Part shown: positions 37,260-51,724 of the stretch, one piece after another
Numbering within the stretch: position 1 is the first letter of the stretch
Layout: each line of letters opens with the position of its first letter
NCBI GenBank assembly: GCA_013265495.1
Contig: MU058781.1
Location: 6,166,522 to 6,230,521 of the forward strand
Direction: 5' to 3'
DNA from: Vicugna vicugna
Lineage: Eukaryota
Length of the DNA stretch: 64,000 nucleotides
The notes under the pieces: model-generated
The model's input: the letters and a program-made list of their open reading frames with translations, nothing else
Told to the model about the DNA's origin: nothing
Databases searched by the model: none
Translations under genes and position numbers: made by a program

Positions 37260-40210
37260 ACATATTTCAGATAAAGGACTACTCTCCAGGATATTTACAG
37301 AATTCTTTTAAATCAATAATAAATCAATTTAAAATGTACAAAAGACTTCAATATGTAGCTAACAAAAAGAGTTGTTTATATGGCCAATAGACAAATGAAA
37401 AATAGTGGAACATCATTAAGCATCCAGAAAAGGCCAATTAAAACTAAAATTAGATACTACTAAATACCCATCAGAATGGCTAAAAGTAAAAAAGACTAAC
37501 AATATCAAGTGTTAACAGGGATGTAGAGTAACTGAAACTCTTATACATTAGTGACATCAATGACAGACAAGTATGATACAACAAATTTGAAAAAACTGGC
37601 ACTTTCTAGTAAAGGTAAACATGACCTAGCAATATATTTGTATCTAAGATAGGTAAGTGGGCAACATAAAAAGTCTTGTACAAGAATGTTCATAGTTGCT
37701 TTAATCATACAGCCCCAAAATGGAAAAGAACCCAGATAACCATACACAAGAGAATACATAAACGGTGGTAGTTTCATAACATAGGATAATACTCAGCAAA
37801 AAAAAAAAAAAAAAGGATGAACTACTGGTGCATGCTTCTCAGAAATATTTTGTTGAGTTAATAAAAACAGATCAAAGGAGTCAAACTGAATGATTCCATT
37901 TATATGGAGTTCAAAACAGGAAAAACTCATTTAAGTTGATGGAACTCAGAAGAATTATTTGGTGGAGAGTAGATTGTTAACTGGAAAGGAGCACTCGTGA
38001 AGAAACTCACTGAGATGATGGAAGTGTTTTTTATATCTTGATCTGGGTAGTGATTGCATTGGTGTATATTTACGTAAAAATTCATCAAGCTGTACACTTA
38101 AGGTTAATGATTGTGTTGTATATAAATTATACATCAATTAAAAAATACTCATAACATATGAATGGATTGACAAGGTCCTCCCAGACAGATCTTGAAAAAG
38201 ACTTGTGCAAAGTGATCAACTCCAAGATTAAGATTAAAGTGATAAGATTAAAACCAACATAATAAATGAATTAAAAAAGAATGCAGAATCCAAATCAATA
38301 TATAAAAATCAATTGTATTACTGTACAATAACAATGAACAACTTGAAAATAAAATGAAAAAAAGAATTCCATTCACAATTGCATCAAAAAGAATAAAATA
38401 CTTAGGAATAAGTTTAGCAAAAAAGGGCAAAATTTGTATGCTGGAAACTACAAAACATTGTTGAAAGAAATAAGAGAATTAAATAAATGGGGGGAAAGTC
38501 CTATGTTTATAGATAAGACAATACTTTTAGGATGGCAGTACTTTCCAAATTGACCGATAGAATCAACATAATTCTTATCAAAATCCCAGCTGGTTTCTTT
38601 GCAGAAATTGACAAACTAAAATTCATACAGAAATTTCAAGGGGTCCAGATGGCCAAAACAATCTTTGAAAAAAAAAAATCCAAGGTTGAAAAACTCATAC
38701 TTCCCCATTTCAAAACTTATTCAAAGATACAGTAATCAAGAATCAGGTGTTGGCATAAGAACAGACATATAGATGCATAGAATAGAATTGCAAATCCAGA
38801 AATAAACTCTTACATTTATGAGAAACTAATTTTAGACAAGGGTCTCAAGACCTTTCAATGGTTAAGAATAGTCTTCTCAACAATGGTGCTAGGACAATTG
38901 GATATCCGTGTACAAAAAATCAAGTTGGACCACTTTCATCATACGTGAAAGTTAACTGAAAATGGACCATAAACCTAAATATAAGAGTTAAAATTATGAA
39001 ATACTTAAAAGAAAATCTAGGAGTAAGTCTTTGTGGCCTTGGGTTAGACATCTCAGATATGATATTAAGAGCACAAGTAACAAGATAAAAATAGATGAAT
39101 TGGATTTCACTAAAATTAAAAACTTTCGTATTGTAAAAGATGCCATCAAGGAAGTGAGAAGACAACCCACAGAATGGAAGAAAATAATTTAAAATCGGAT
39201 AAGGGGCTTGTATCTAGAATACATAAAGGACATGTAACAACTTAGTAATGAAAAGATGAATAACCCAATTTAAAAATAGGCAGCAGAAGATTTAAATTAG
39301 ACATTTCTCCAAAGAAGATGTACACATGTCCAACAAGCACTTGAAAAAATTCTTAACATTGGAATTAGGCAATTACTAAAATACACTTTAAACAGGTGAA
39401 TTTTATGGCATATTAATTTTATCTCAATAAAGTTATCTTTTAAAAGTATAATTCCTGAAATATTTATGCATGAAACATAATGCTGTCAGAAATCTGTCAC
39501 AAAATAACCCAGAAGCAGGGGGAAGAGGGCGGCGAGTATACATGAGACAAGGTCGGACATGAATTAATCATTGTTCCTGACACTAGGTGATGGATAGACT
39601 ATTCCTCAAATTATGTATATGTTTGCAATTTCTCATAATAAAAAGTTAAAAATATATTCTTAGGAAGTCCCAAGGTGTATACAAAACCTTGTACACAAAT
39701 GTTCATAGCAGCATTATTCGTAATATCCAAAAAGTGGAGACAGTCCAAACATACATCAGTTAATGAGTGGATAAATAAAATATGGCATGTCCATAAAATA
39801 AAATATTACTTCACCATAAAAAGGATGAAATTCTAATAAATCTAAATAATTCTAATAAATCCTACAACATGGATGAACCTTGAAAACATTATGCTAAGTG
39901 AAATAAGCCAGACACAAAAAATTGTATATTATGTGATTCCATTTATAGGAAATGTCCAGAAAAGGCAAATCCATGGAGACAGAAAGTAGATTAGTGGTTG
40001 CCAGGGTCTGGAGCAGGAGGAATGGGGAATGACTGATAATGGTTATGGGTTTCTTTGGGGATGATGAGAATGTTCTGGAATTAGACAGTAGTGATTGATG
40101 CACAACTTTGTGCATATGCTAAAACCACTGAATTATCTACTTTAGAAGTGGGAACCAATGGTATGTGAATTACATTTCAATAAAGCAGTTAGTGACCAAA
40201 AAAAAAAAAT
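37260..40210 (+). mobile_element. Cluster of old L1 (L1MB/MC/ME-type) ORF2 and 3'UTR fragments
   Basis: ORF2-like peptide MAVLSKLTDRINIILIKIPAGFFAEIDKL (38532-38735); three separate L1 3' ends at about 38145, 39650 and 40200. Confidence 0.85.
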
Positions 40211-41049
40211 TAGGACAGAACAGTAAGACTGTCTAGGTCTCTAGGTTAGAGACTTCAAGTGAGTACTGAACCCAAGGTATAAATGAAATAGTGGTCAAAA
40301 AAAAAATTCCAGAAAAAAGAGCTTGAAGAAGTGGCTCGTAACTACAGAAGGAGAGGTGATCCAGTTGTGGAGACAGTAAGATAATGCCTGGTCCAGAGGG
40401 TTTCTGCTCCAGGTTTACCATAGGATGTAACACTTAATATTTTAATATCCCTACCCCCATGCTTGAACTGCCAGTTGATTGTTGGAAGCTGTAAGCCATC
40501 GTTCATTCATTAAGTTCCTGAACAATAATGAGGAACTCTGCCTTTTCTGATAAATCCTTGTGGGCTCCTTGGAAAAGTAGGATTTGGGGGACAGATAGTG
40601 GACTCTGCCGCAGCAGTGAGGCCATATTTCCTGAAGGAGGTGGGGGCAGGGTATCGATGTCTGAACAGCCCTAGGAGAATTTCCAGAGTTCTGGCATCTG
40701 GGAAGAGGAAGTCTAGAATTGCCTGAGACTGCAGGAGCCAAAGATTGATTGCAAAGGGAAGTTGACACCAAGTCAAGGCCAAAAATTTGCGCTCAGAGTT
40801 AACACTCAAGTTCAGAGCATCCTGGGGAGGTGAACATGGGGCACGGTAAGGCAATTATAATCCCTCCCTTTGACATAAATGTAGACAAATGTCATTTATG
40901 ACCCAAACATTACCAGCAATTAATCCAGGAGTCTTTAATTAGCATTACATTTATTCTGGCACTGTGCTAACTTGGTGAGATATCAGCCCACCTTGTTGGG
41001 GGAGAAGTTGGAGTCCTTAGTTACAGAGGATAGAGCTACTGATAAGAGG

Positions 41050-41280
41050 AAAGATGGGTAACTACACTTTCTGAACACTTACTATGTCCCAGGCATTGTG
41101 CTAGATCAGAAATGTTTAAATCTTTTAATGCTCACAATGACCCTATAAGGGAACTATTACTATCTTTTTATAACTGAGGCTTAAAGGAGATCAATCACTT
41201 GACCAAAGACATGAGCAGTGGAGCCATCATCTAAAACCATCATCAGACACTTGAAATTTCACTCTTGTCCCCTACACCCC
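41050..41280 (-). mobile_element. MIR SINE
   Basis: cacttactatgtcccaggcattgtgcta...aactgaggcttaaaggagatcaatcacttgaccaaagac. Confidence 0.75.
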
Positions 41281-42789
41281 ATGACTTCAGGTCAGTGTAA
41301 AGATCAGAGGTTGTTAAGTATGGAGATCATCTGTTATAAACACTGTGACACATGGGAAGAGAAAGTTAAAGGGAGGGTCAACAAGGAAAATGAGTTATGA
41401 AAAAAGGAAGTTGAGCATGAATGTACCATGGGCTTTATTAAGTTCATTGTGACCCGTGTGAGAAAGGAAGTTTAGAAATAAATCTGAATTTATGTTGCAA
41501 AACAAGCAGAAGCTGTCAGATGAAGTAAAGGCCAAGGTAGGGTCAACCAAGAATCACTGTAATTAGTCGAATAAACAGAGTATCTTCCATAAGAATAAAG
41601 ATACGTAGGAATTGGTGGTGGGCATGAGTAGGTAAGGATGCCTGTTGGTGGACCAATCGCAAGTCAGAAAAAAAAAATCAGCTGATCGTTACTTACAAGC
41701 ATTCCAATTCCAGCTGCATGGGATGCTCATTTGGTCAATATTACAGTTTCCAAATGTGAGTGCAAACTTTTTTTTAAGATTTAGCTTAACTTTTACTGAG
41801 CCAGGATGATCTAGAACAACAAAGTAGTTTTTTAGCATGGAACACCAAAAATTTAGAAGGAGGGAAAAAACAGATTCCTGTTGGCCTCAGATCAGCAATA
41901 ATTATGAGGACCAGGACTGACTAATCAAAAGACAGACCTGCCTGGTCTGGAGGGAGCTCTATGTATTCTTGGTGGAATCATTACTAATTCCCGTGCCGAA
42001 ATTTTCCCAGGGATCCAGAGATGTTGAAGCTGCATATGTCTAGTCGATAATGCATCTTAGGAAAAGCCACCTCCTTACTGACACATAGGCACTCCCTCCT
42101 TTTCTAGAGACTGTCAAATGGCTGGATCCCCCCACCACCACCATTGCCCTCCCTCACAATCCATTTCTCAGAACTCAGTATGAAGTATTTCCCTTGAGGA
42201 ATGAATAATAACACAAATGTGCAAGATAGAGTCCCCAGCCTTAGTAAGTGTTCAGGTTCCTTTATGAAACAAAACTAGTATGTATGAAGCAGAGAGCAAC
42301 AAAATCATGCCTAGCTGAGCAATGAGCACTTTGTAAGCTTTATAAAGGAGAAATGAATGTGGACGACCATCATTAATGAAGCTTTGGCAGGAAACCTTGA
42401 ACCTAAAAGGATTTTAGGTTAGTGTAGGCCAAAGTGTATCCATCAGGTCATATTATATCTTTTAGTGCCTTAGTTTTCACAGCTGGAAAAATGGAGGTAA
42501 CACTTGTCCTTTCTTACAGTTGGAAGGAACGATGGCCAAGATTCTTGGGATGAGGGTGCCAGGATACAGAGATGTCTGAAGGAAGGGCATCGCCTTGTTA
42601 ACCAAGTAGAAAAAGCAAGAAAATAAGAGATAGGCTGAACAAACTGCTTCCTTTAACATACCCTGGACTTGCCCAATGGCACAATATTGAATGTTTCCTG
42701 CATGGTGTTTCTCTAGAACTGGCCAGAACTTAGCATTTTCACACATTTCTTATTATTTGGCAAACTTTGGAATCTTCTGCAAGAGCAAG

Positions 42790-43200
42790 CAGTTATCTGG
42801 TGCCAGAGACTATTTCAAGAGCTTCAGAGACATATCAATACACTTAATCCTCTTGAAACAATTCTATGTGGTAAGTGTTCTTAATACCACCACATTTTTA
42901 CCGATAAAGAAACTTAAACACAGAGAAGTAGCTTGCCCAAGGGGTGACAGCTTGTGAATGGAAGTGGCCGTCTTGTTCCTTTTTTTTTTTAACAAACGAA
43001 ACCCCGATGGGCATTTTTTTTTTATTTATTTTGTCGTGGGGAGGTAATTAGTTTTACTTACTTACTTTTAGAGGAGGTACTGGGGATTGAACCCAGGACC
43101 TTGTGTATGCTAAACACGCGTTCTACCACTTGAGCTATACCCTCCCACCGGAAGCAGTTACTTTGAATCAAGATAGTCTAACTGGAGCCCATGCTCTTAT
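42790..43200 (-). mobile_element. MIR SINE interrupted by a tRNA-derived SINE
   Basis: gaaacttaaacacagagaagtagcttgcccaagg before the insert; tttgaatcaagatagtctaactggagcccatgctctt after it. Confidence 0.7.
43014..43149 (-). mobile_element. tRNA-Ala-derived SINE (camelid vic-1-like)
   Basis: Minus strand ggtgggagggtatagctcaagtggtagaacgcgtgtttagcatacacaaggtcctgggttcaatccccagtacctcc is a tRNA-Ala(AGC)-like head with A and B boxes. It is followed by (agta)n, attacctcccc and an A tail. Confidence 0.85.
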
Positions 43201-44224
43201 CCACCAAGCTGTAAAGATATCTCCCAGTGCACCACCGTGAGGCTTTGCAACTGGCTGGTATTGCCAAGCAAAGCAAGAGCCAGCATAAAGCTCTTATTAT
43301 TATTAGACAGAAGTGTTGCAAGAAATATTGAACAGGAGGTAGCCACAGATTGCAATTTCACTGACATACCAGGGAGGGTAAGGAGGCTGCCTTTACCATC
43401 TAGATGCTGTGCCAATGATCCTACACAGAGCCTAGTGTGGAGGCCGTGGCTGGAGAGGATTGGGCAACAGAGAAACAAAAAATGATGGTCAGAGGAGGAA
43501 TGTGTAAGTGGGACAGCAGGAACGGCTGCAAAGTGGAGGAATAGTCTGGAAAGGGTTGGAATGCTGGGCAATATCTTAGACATCCAGGGCTCATTCTGTT
43601 ATTGAAGTAAAATTTCCTGGCAGCAGATTATCTGAGTATATCTCAGGTCTTTTGACTATGCTGGAATGCTAAGGCAGTGAACCACAATGAGTGTGGTTTC
43701 AAAACTGGTGGGCCGGCCACACAAACTGGGAAATATTTACTTATTTAATTATCTATGACAATGAGGTATGACCGGTGTGAGTTTGGGGCCCCTGGCATGT
43801 TCACAGAGGCATGGTCTGCGTATTTTTCTTCTGGACACTGTTTATCCAACTGGCAAATGGTAATATTGACAACAGTAGGTAGACACTCTGGTAGATGCTG
43901 GAGAAATAGATGGAGATGTTCAGCCACTTCCCTCAAGGATCTCACAATCTAGTGAACAGTCAGACCCTATTGGATCAATGACAATGCAGCACGTGTGACA
44001 AGAAGGAGAACAGGTGCCAAAAAGGCGCCGAGGGGAAAAGCCTGACTATTCAAGAAAGTTACAGGGAAGATGGATCATGGCTGACCATTGCAAGAAGAAT
44101 TGGAATCTTCCAGATGGAAGGGTTGGTAGAGGAAGGAAATTTCTGGCAGAAGGGATAGCTGGCCAAGGGAGGCAAGTATGAGAGAGCATGATGGATCCAT
44201 GCACTTGTAAGATGGTATTTTTTT

Positions 44225-44742
44225 CCCCCAACTTAAACAGCAAACATTTCTTGTTTCACTGTTGTGAGTCAGGATTGAGCGTGGTTTAATCAGGTTATCT
44301 TCTTCAGAGTCTCTCACAGAGCGGCATTCAGGGTGTTGGCCAGTGGTGGGGTCTGATTTTAAGGCTTGACTGGGGAAGGATCCACTTCTAAGCTCCTGGG
44401 GTTCTTGGCAGGATGTATTTCCTTGCAGGCTGTTGGTCTGAGGGCCTCAGTTCCTTGCCAACTGTTGGCCAAAGGCTGTCTTGAGTTCCTGAGGCCACGT
44501 GAGCTGCTCCAACACAGCTGCTTGCTTCATCATAGCCAGCGATGGAGAGGGTCTGCTACAACCTGGAAGGTACAGTCTTACATAGTTTAATCCAGAAGCG
44601 ACACCCATCATTTGGATGGATTGCGTTGATTGGAGCAAGTTACTAGGCTAGCCCACACTCAAGGAGAGAATATTACACAAAAGCATGTCTATTAGAAGGT
44701 AGGAATTGAGGGAGGGGTGCATCTTAGAGTCCACCTGCCACA
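44225..44742 (-). mobile_element. MaLR LTR (MLT1E/F-like)
   Basis: cttaaacagcaaacattt...ggcttgactggggaaggatccacttctaagctc...atcttagagtccacctgccaca. Confidence 0.75.
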
Positions 44743-46009
44743 GAGAGGCAGATCCATGTCTGGATGGAGTTTGGTAACTTTCCATCCAGATGCCCTGCAT
44801 TGTAAAGCAAACCCCTCCACTGCCCCATTGTTGTAATAAACGATGGAAAATTCTGGCTGTATCTATAACAATCTCCTAATTTGCTTTTTTTTTCTAGCTT
44901 CTCAGTCACTGCAGGGAATGGGTGCACCTCTCTTGTACCCATAAAACCAAGCCCCTTCCTAGGATGACAAAGGCACTGGCTCCCAGTCTCGCATCTCCTG
45001 TCAGTGGCAAATTTCTCCCTAATCTGATTACAACTATATTATTAGACTCCATTATCATATTAGCCTTTTTAGCATATAGATAGAATTTTGGGTTTTCCTA
45101 GACGCTTAAAATAATTTTTACCCCTTCAAACACTCTTTACATGCTTTTCCAATAAATGCTACTCATTACCAGTGAGACTTATTCACCTCTGGCTCTTTGC
45201 AAAGGGCATAACATTAAGGAGATAACAGGTTTTGACAAGTTATTAAAGAAGGGCGAAGTCCACAGACTTCATTGTAATTCCTGGCACAGAGTCTGAGGTA
45301 ATATTTTCTATGTATTTTGTTACACTGGCTTTATCACATAATCCCTTACCTGCCACCACCCCCCAAGGACCTTACTGTGTGAGAGTCTCAGTGACAATAC
45401 ATGGCCTGTGAGTTGCCTGAAAGAGATCAGAGAGTATCTTAGAAACAAAGTAGAATTTGTCTCTCTGATCACAGATAGCCAGAAATGGAAAAGAACACCG
45501 AACCAAAAATAGTAGCACCGTTTACTCTGACAGAATAGGAAACTACCAGCTTCTGCTTGTGAGTTTTAGGATTTCAAGCAACACCTCTGTGACTCCTTCT
45601 ACTCATCTGTCAAACAGTGAGAATGCTGTAGATGCGAAAGTATTTCCCTGAACAGAGTCCAGAATTAGTACAATGTTGAGCCCAGTTTGTACAGCTCTGA
45701 ATTTTACCGAGAGGCCTGGAACAGCTGAGTGGTCCACCCACCAAATGGCAAGCAGAGATTGCCACGGGTTTTAATAAAATTCTATTTATAGTCAGCATTC
45801 CAGAACCACATACACAATTGTCTGTTAAATAAAAGAAATACAGGATTGTTGTATGCATCACTTGGGACACAGTTTAACAGAACATTCTAACACAGAAATA
45901 AACGGTCTTGAAGAGCAATCTATAGATGTAGGTGGGAAGGTAGAAGAATCACATGCTTTGGAGTTCAAAAATAACCGTTCCTAATCTCCACACCCACTAC
46001 AGCCTAAGT

Positions 46010-46353
46010 CAGTAGTTCCCAAACTTTTTCACGCAGGCACCCCTATCTGCAAAGGGGAGCAAGCACTTCACTTACCCAGGAATTTGAGGGAGAGCCTAGA
46101 GCAACTTCTTGTAATCATATCCCATTTAAAATAACTCTGATTTACTATAAAAATATGTTTGCAAACTTTGTGTTCTAATCCATTTTATAGGTGTTCTTGG
46201 GTTTTAAAAAAATGCATTAAATTAATTATTGTCATGTAAATTTACCTTCCAATAGTTGTGCCATGTTTATCCTATGGCCTTGAGTAGCCACGGTGGCACA
46301 TGGCTGTCTGTCTCGGGGGGAGGGGTACATACTCCCTAAGTTTGAAAGTTCTG
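46010..46353. mobile_element. Possible hAT-Charlie-type DNA transposon remnant
   Basis: Imperfect TIRs cagtagttcccaaactt ... aagtttgaaagttctg. Confidence 0.45.
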
Positions 46354-46459
46354 GCTAAAGGGGTTACACAAATGAGTGAATTGATATCAACATAAACTCA
46401 AGATTCCCAGCTTCGAGTGGACACCTGACACGGCCCAGCTCTACAATGACAGTTTTGTA

Positions 46460-49150
46460 ACGTCCTCACTCTCAAAGTTCTCGTTCCCTCTCCCTAGCAA
46501 TTCCTTCTGAGCCAATGACCTCTTCTCAATGATCTCTTTTCCCCAAAAAGAGAAAAGTGAGCCCATCCAATAGGAAGTTTCTCATATCCCCTCTACCCAG
46601 CACCACCCACCAACCTACCCGTGTCTGTGTCAGTCCTCTCCTGCATCCTTCCTGTTATCACGTACAAAGCATCTACCGTCTCATCAAAGGGATTTGGTCC
46701 CTACCTCCTCATGCCTTTTCAGGACGGTACTCTGGGTTATCTTCCTACTCATCTGCATCCTTGACCTCTCCTTCTTGAATGGCTTCTTCACCTGATATCA
46801 AATAAGTTTGATCTGAAAAAAAGCAGCCAAAACAAACAACTGTTCCTTGATTCCATCTCCCGTGACGGCTAACTATCCTCTTCTATTTCTACTCAGAACC
46901 AAAGCTGTTCAGAGCTGCCCATGGTAGTCTCCGTTTCCTCACTTCAAAAGATTTTCTTACATTTTTCATGGAAATAATACATGTACATAGTTTTAAAAAT
47001 TCAACTGTTACTACCAAATATATTGAAAAATGTAGTCTGCCCTATTCCCTATGCCCAAGTCGGCTGACCAAGGGCAAACACTTCCAATTCCTTTACCTTT
47101 TCTCTGGATACTCATATTCGTATTTCTAAGTGATACTCTTGAACTTTGTGTAACTGGACACACTACATAATCTTCTGCACATCAAATTTTTTGCTCAATA
47201 TTATGTGTGTGAGAAACACCCACGGAGTTCAATCACTTTCATTGTATGTTGTATAATGTTCCATTCAATAAATATACCACCATTTATATGTCAGTTCTTT
47301 TGAAAGTGGTCATCTGAGTTGTTTCTAGGTTTTTGCTATTATAAATGACATCACTATGAACATTCTTATGCTCATCTCTGGGCATTTGGGCAAGATTTTC
47401 TCTATATTTCTAGATGTGAAATAGGAGGTTCACAGGCATGCAACTTTTTTTTTAACATTCTTTATGAAACAGAAGTTTTTAATATTAACTTAATATCAAA
47501 ATAGTCAAAATTATCAGTCCTGCCTTTTTATGATTTATCCTCTTTGAGTATTGCTCAAAAAATTGCTGCTTCTTCTAAAATCATGAAAATATTCTTCCAC
47601 ATTTTCTTCTAAAAGTTTCAGTTTCTCCTTTCACACTTAAATCCCTAAACCACGTTTGAATTTTTAAAACTTACTTTGTAATTGAAGTATAGTTGATTTT
47701 CAATGTGGTGCTAGTTTCTTGTGTACAGCATGGTGATTCTGTTACACATATATGTATTCTTTTCATTATAGGTTATTATAAGATATTGAATATAGTTCCC
47801 TGTGCTGTACAGTAGAACCTTGTTGTTTATCTATTTTTATATATAGTAGTTTACATCTGCTAATCCCAGACTTCTCCTTTATCCCTCCCTGATTGGTTGT
47901 GAATATTGCACACCCATTTCCTCTTCAAACCCTCTAATCTGGCTTCCGTTTCCATGACTCAAATGCAAGTGTGCTCTAGAAGGTAACCAATGGCTTCCAT
48001 ATTGCTTTCCATATGGATTATTCCATAATCCAACTCTCCTTTCAGAATTATCTCGCGTAGTAATCATTTGGAAGCATCTGACACAGTGGATTACTCCCGC
48101 CTTCTTGAAAGATCCTCTTTTCTTGCTTCCATGGTACCACATTCTCCTGGTTTTTCCTTAAGACCTGGCAGCTCCTTCAGAGTCGCTTGTGCATGAAGCC
48201 ATCTCCTGCCTGGTGTCCTCCTGGGGTCACTTTTTGGTCCTCTTCTCTTCCTACCGTTTTCCTAGGCAATCTCACCTGCTCTCAGGGTTTATGCTGATTA
48301 TCCCCCCAAAGTGAATCTCTAGAATCCACTTTCCTTCTGAGGATGTCTTCCTGACCTCCTGCGCTGTCAGGTCTAAAACCAAATGCTTGATCTCTGTTTT
48401 TCTTCCTGCCATCCCCAATTCAGTAAACATCCCCCATCCCCCATCATGTTCCCAATATCTGAGGGGGTGGGGGGTAGGGAGGAGGTCATCCTTGATGCCT
48501 TATTCCCCCTTAACCCTAACGTCCAATACAACAGCAGGTCTTATCTAGTCTCACTTAAATTACTTGGGGACTCTGCTTACATGTCTCTGTCTTCACTACT
48601 AAGCATCCATTGTTTATCTCCTGGCAACTCGAAGAGCTGCCTCATGGTTGACTTTGTTCCCTTTGACTCTTGTTCCCTTTCCAATTTTTCTCCAAATAGA
48701 AACCAGACTGATCTCACAAAAATATAATTGGATCCATATCAATCCTCTGCACAAAACCCTTAACACTTACTATTATTGCACAGAGGATGAAACCCCAAAC
48801 CCTTGACATGGCCTAGAGGGCACTTTGCATTCACCTGCATTTCTCCAGCCTCTCTCTCTAGTCCAGTGTACCTTGCTGTCAGCCTGGAATACTCTTCCCC
48901 AGGTTTTTTTCTTTGTCTCTTCCCTCAAGCCTCAGGTTAAGTGTCAGTTTCTACTTTCCCTTACATCATTAAATACAGTTTGTGACTAAATATTTGTCTG
49001 ATCATTAACTCATCATCTGTATCCCCACCGGACCCTGAATCCCTGGGGGGCAGGGATCATATCTGTACTATTATTGTTGTTGTTGTTGTTATTCCCTCCA
49101 GTATATCCCAGTGCCTTGCACATATTAGGAACTCAGCCTGTTAAATGTTG
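46460..49150 (+). mobile_element. Long L2 interrupted by antisense L1 pieces (old L1ME-like ~46950-47660; younger L1 3' end ~47665-47890)
   Basis: L2 text stops at ccgtttcctcacttc, resumes at ctcttcaaaccctctaatctggcttcc and ends at cccagtgccttgcacatattaggaactcag. Confidence 0.75.
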
Positions 49151-49643
49151 AGGGTACACGAAGGAGATGGTGCCCCTTTCCTCACTGAGAAGGCTGCACA
49201 GTCTTGTGGGATTCCCTGATGGGACTTGAGATCTCCGGGCTCCGAGTCCTGTTTCTGGGAGGATAATGCTGGAGGACCCACTTTTCATGTTTCTGGGCTT
49301 CAGTTTCCTTTTCTGGGAGCTTTCGTGCTCCTGTCCACGCCCACCCCACCCCCCATCCTGGGATTCCCATCATAATCCCTTTTAAGGCTAAGATTTCTTT
49401 CTATGGGGGAAGATAGCAGAAGGAAATAACAGTTTACCCCACAGGGTCTGCCCAACGGGACTGCCCAGCTACATAGGCTGATTATTACTGTTACTTTAAA
49501 AGAGAAATGTAATTAGTGCATTGGTTCTTAATTGCATTGTAGACCATGAGTAGCACAAAATCCGTTCACCTAAGATTATCCTCGTAGATGATTTGGACAC
49601 AGTAAAGGCAAGCTTATTACTATTCCAGCATCGCTGTGGTATT

Positions 49644-49662
49644 ATTGCCCCCTGGTGGCGAT
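49644..49662 (-). promoter_or_regulatory. CTCF core motif
   Basis: Plus strand ttgccccctggtggcga reads tcgCCACCAGGGGGCAa on minus, close to the CTCF consensus. Sits in non-repetitive sequence that retains CpGs. Confidence 0.7.
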
Positions 49663-50496
49663 GTTAATTACTTAGTCCCGCACGTTGGAAGATGCTGTTT
49701 AAGCAGAGGTTCCCAGATTTCCCCTGGAGATCATGGTATTAGCCTCTCTCCGTGTGAAACTAGAGACAAAAGGCGTGACAGCATTTGCTTCACGAAAGCT
49801 TCTGTGTCCACTCCACCTGCATTTTTTTCCTTAAGGACTATTGCTGTATCTCCCCCGGAAGACGTTTGTGCCCTCTCGAGGCATTGTCCCGGGGCGGGGG
49901 GGGCACCAAATTAACTAGCCGTTTGGTTTCAGACACATGATCGGGAACCCCCATTTTAGAGAACAATATTCAGTCCAGTAGGAGCTAGCTTTCCCATGGG
50001 ACTTAGATGTTCAGGCAGCAAAATTATTTTCAAATGTATAAAATAAGAAGCACCACCAACAATCAGACATGCAAAGTTATGTATAATAATTACATATAAT
50101 CATTGCATTCTACGGGAGCACCACTTGTATACGTGTTTTCAAGTTTCCGAACACATTTTTCACTCTCTAAAGCAGAACCTTACCCGTGAGATACAATTCA
50201 GCTAGTCACAATTGTACCTTCTTGTAGACTTTGAGATGAAGTAGGGGAAAGGTGGATCTGGGGAGTGATGTTTTTAACTGATGAAACATAATTTGGCAGA
50301 GTTGAAATATATATATAGTAGTAGTCTTTGCTGAATGTTCTTTCCAACAGATAGAGCGTTTCCCCAAAGCTAAGGATGGCTGCATTTATCATTAATGGAA
50401 ACAATTCAAGAAGAAATGACTGGCTATTCACAAAGCAGAACAAGCAGTGGAAACACAGTTTTATCTGCATCCCCCCCCCCCTTTTTTTTTTTTTTT

Positions 50497-50750
50497 AGCG
50501 CTGGATTTAGAATCAAACAGCCCTGGTTCTGAATCTTGACTCCTTCCTTACTGGCTGTGTTACGGTAGGCAAGTTACTTAAAATTTCTAAGTCTCAGGAT
50601 TTTCCCATCATCTGCAAGAGGGGCTCAATAATACCCACCTCACACACTGGTTGGGGAGCTCTAATGTGATATTATCTGTACAATACTGTACAAAATACCA
50701 GGCACAATTTAGGCACTCAAGAAACAGTAGCTGTTATCATTACTATAATT
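50497..50750 (+). mobile_element. MIR SINE (preceded by a C/T homopolymer run at 50472-50496)
   Basis: agaatcaaacagccctggttctgaatcttgactcc...ggcaagttacttaa...aggcactcaagaaacagtagctgttat. Confidence 0.8.
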
Positions 50751-50924
50751 ATTCTTAAGGTTATTCAAAACCTTATGAATGATCTTGAGGGAAAAAATAA
50801 CACAAAGCCAATCAAAGCTAAATGTTTGCATCCAGGAGCAATGTTTACTCACTTAGAGAAGAGATTATGAATAGCAAATAATTCACAAATCATCTTTTCC
50901 TATGCTCATTTCCTCCTGTCTGCC

Positions 50925-51505
50925 TGGGGCATACAGAACTCTAAGATGACCCCAAATATGCCAGGATCCTAGTGTATGCCCCATGTATAATCGCATCTCC
51001 TTGAATGTGGGGGGACCCTGGGATGATGATGGGGTGTCACAGTCATGGTTAGGTTACATTATATGGCAAAGATGAAGGCATTTGCAGATATAGTTAAGGT
51101 TCCACATTAGTTGATTTTGAGTTAATCAAAAGGAGATTATCCAGGGTGGGCCTGACCAAATCAGGTGATCCCTTTAAAGGCAGATCTAGAGATCAGAGAT
51201 TTAAAAGAAAAAAATCAGCAGAGAGCCTCTACTGTTAGCCTTGGAGAAGCAAACCTCAGTGAGTTCCACAGCTGCAAGGAAATGAATTCTGCCAATAACC
51301 ACATGAGCTTGGAAAAGGATCCTGAGTCCCAGATGAGACCCCAGGCAGCACCTTTATTACAGCTTGTGAGATCCTCAACAGAAGACTCAGCTAAGCCATG
51401 TCTGGACTCCTGATCCATGAAAACCATAAGATAATAAATGTATGTTGTTTTTTAAGTTACTAAATTTGTAAGGATTTGTTATGAAATTGTAGAAAAAATG
51501 AAACA
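50925..51505 (+). mobile_element. MaLR solo LTR (MLT1E-like)
   Basis: cagaactctaagatgacccc...gagttaatcaaaaggagattatccagggtgggcctgacc...gataataaatgtatgttgtttt. Confidence 0.8.
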
Positions 51506-51724
51506 TTCCCCAATTACTGTTATAAGTAATTACTATTATTTATAATTCCCCCGAAATACTACCATGATATTCACTGGTGTTTTAATTTCCCAAAGAACTG
51601 GGAAAAGAAACCAGATGTCAGGATCCCTTCAGTTATGCGATGGCTTTTTTAACTCATGGATTGTATAGGAAAATGTTTTTTAATTTCCAAATATTTTGGA
51701 GTTTATCCAGAGATCATGTTATTG

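Noticed and set aside
43072..43146. Functional tRNA-Ala gene
   Set aside because: It has stem mismatches, a SINE-type 3' body and A tail, and is inserted in a MIR.
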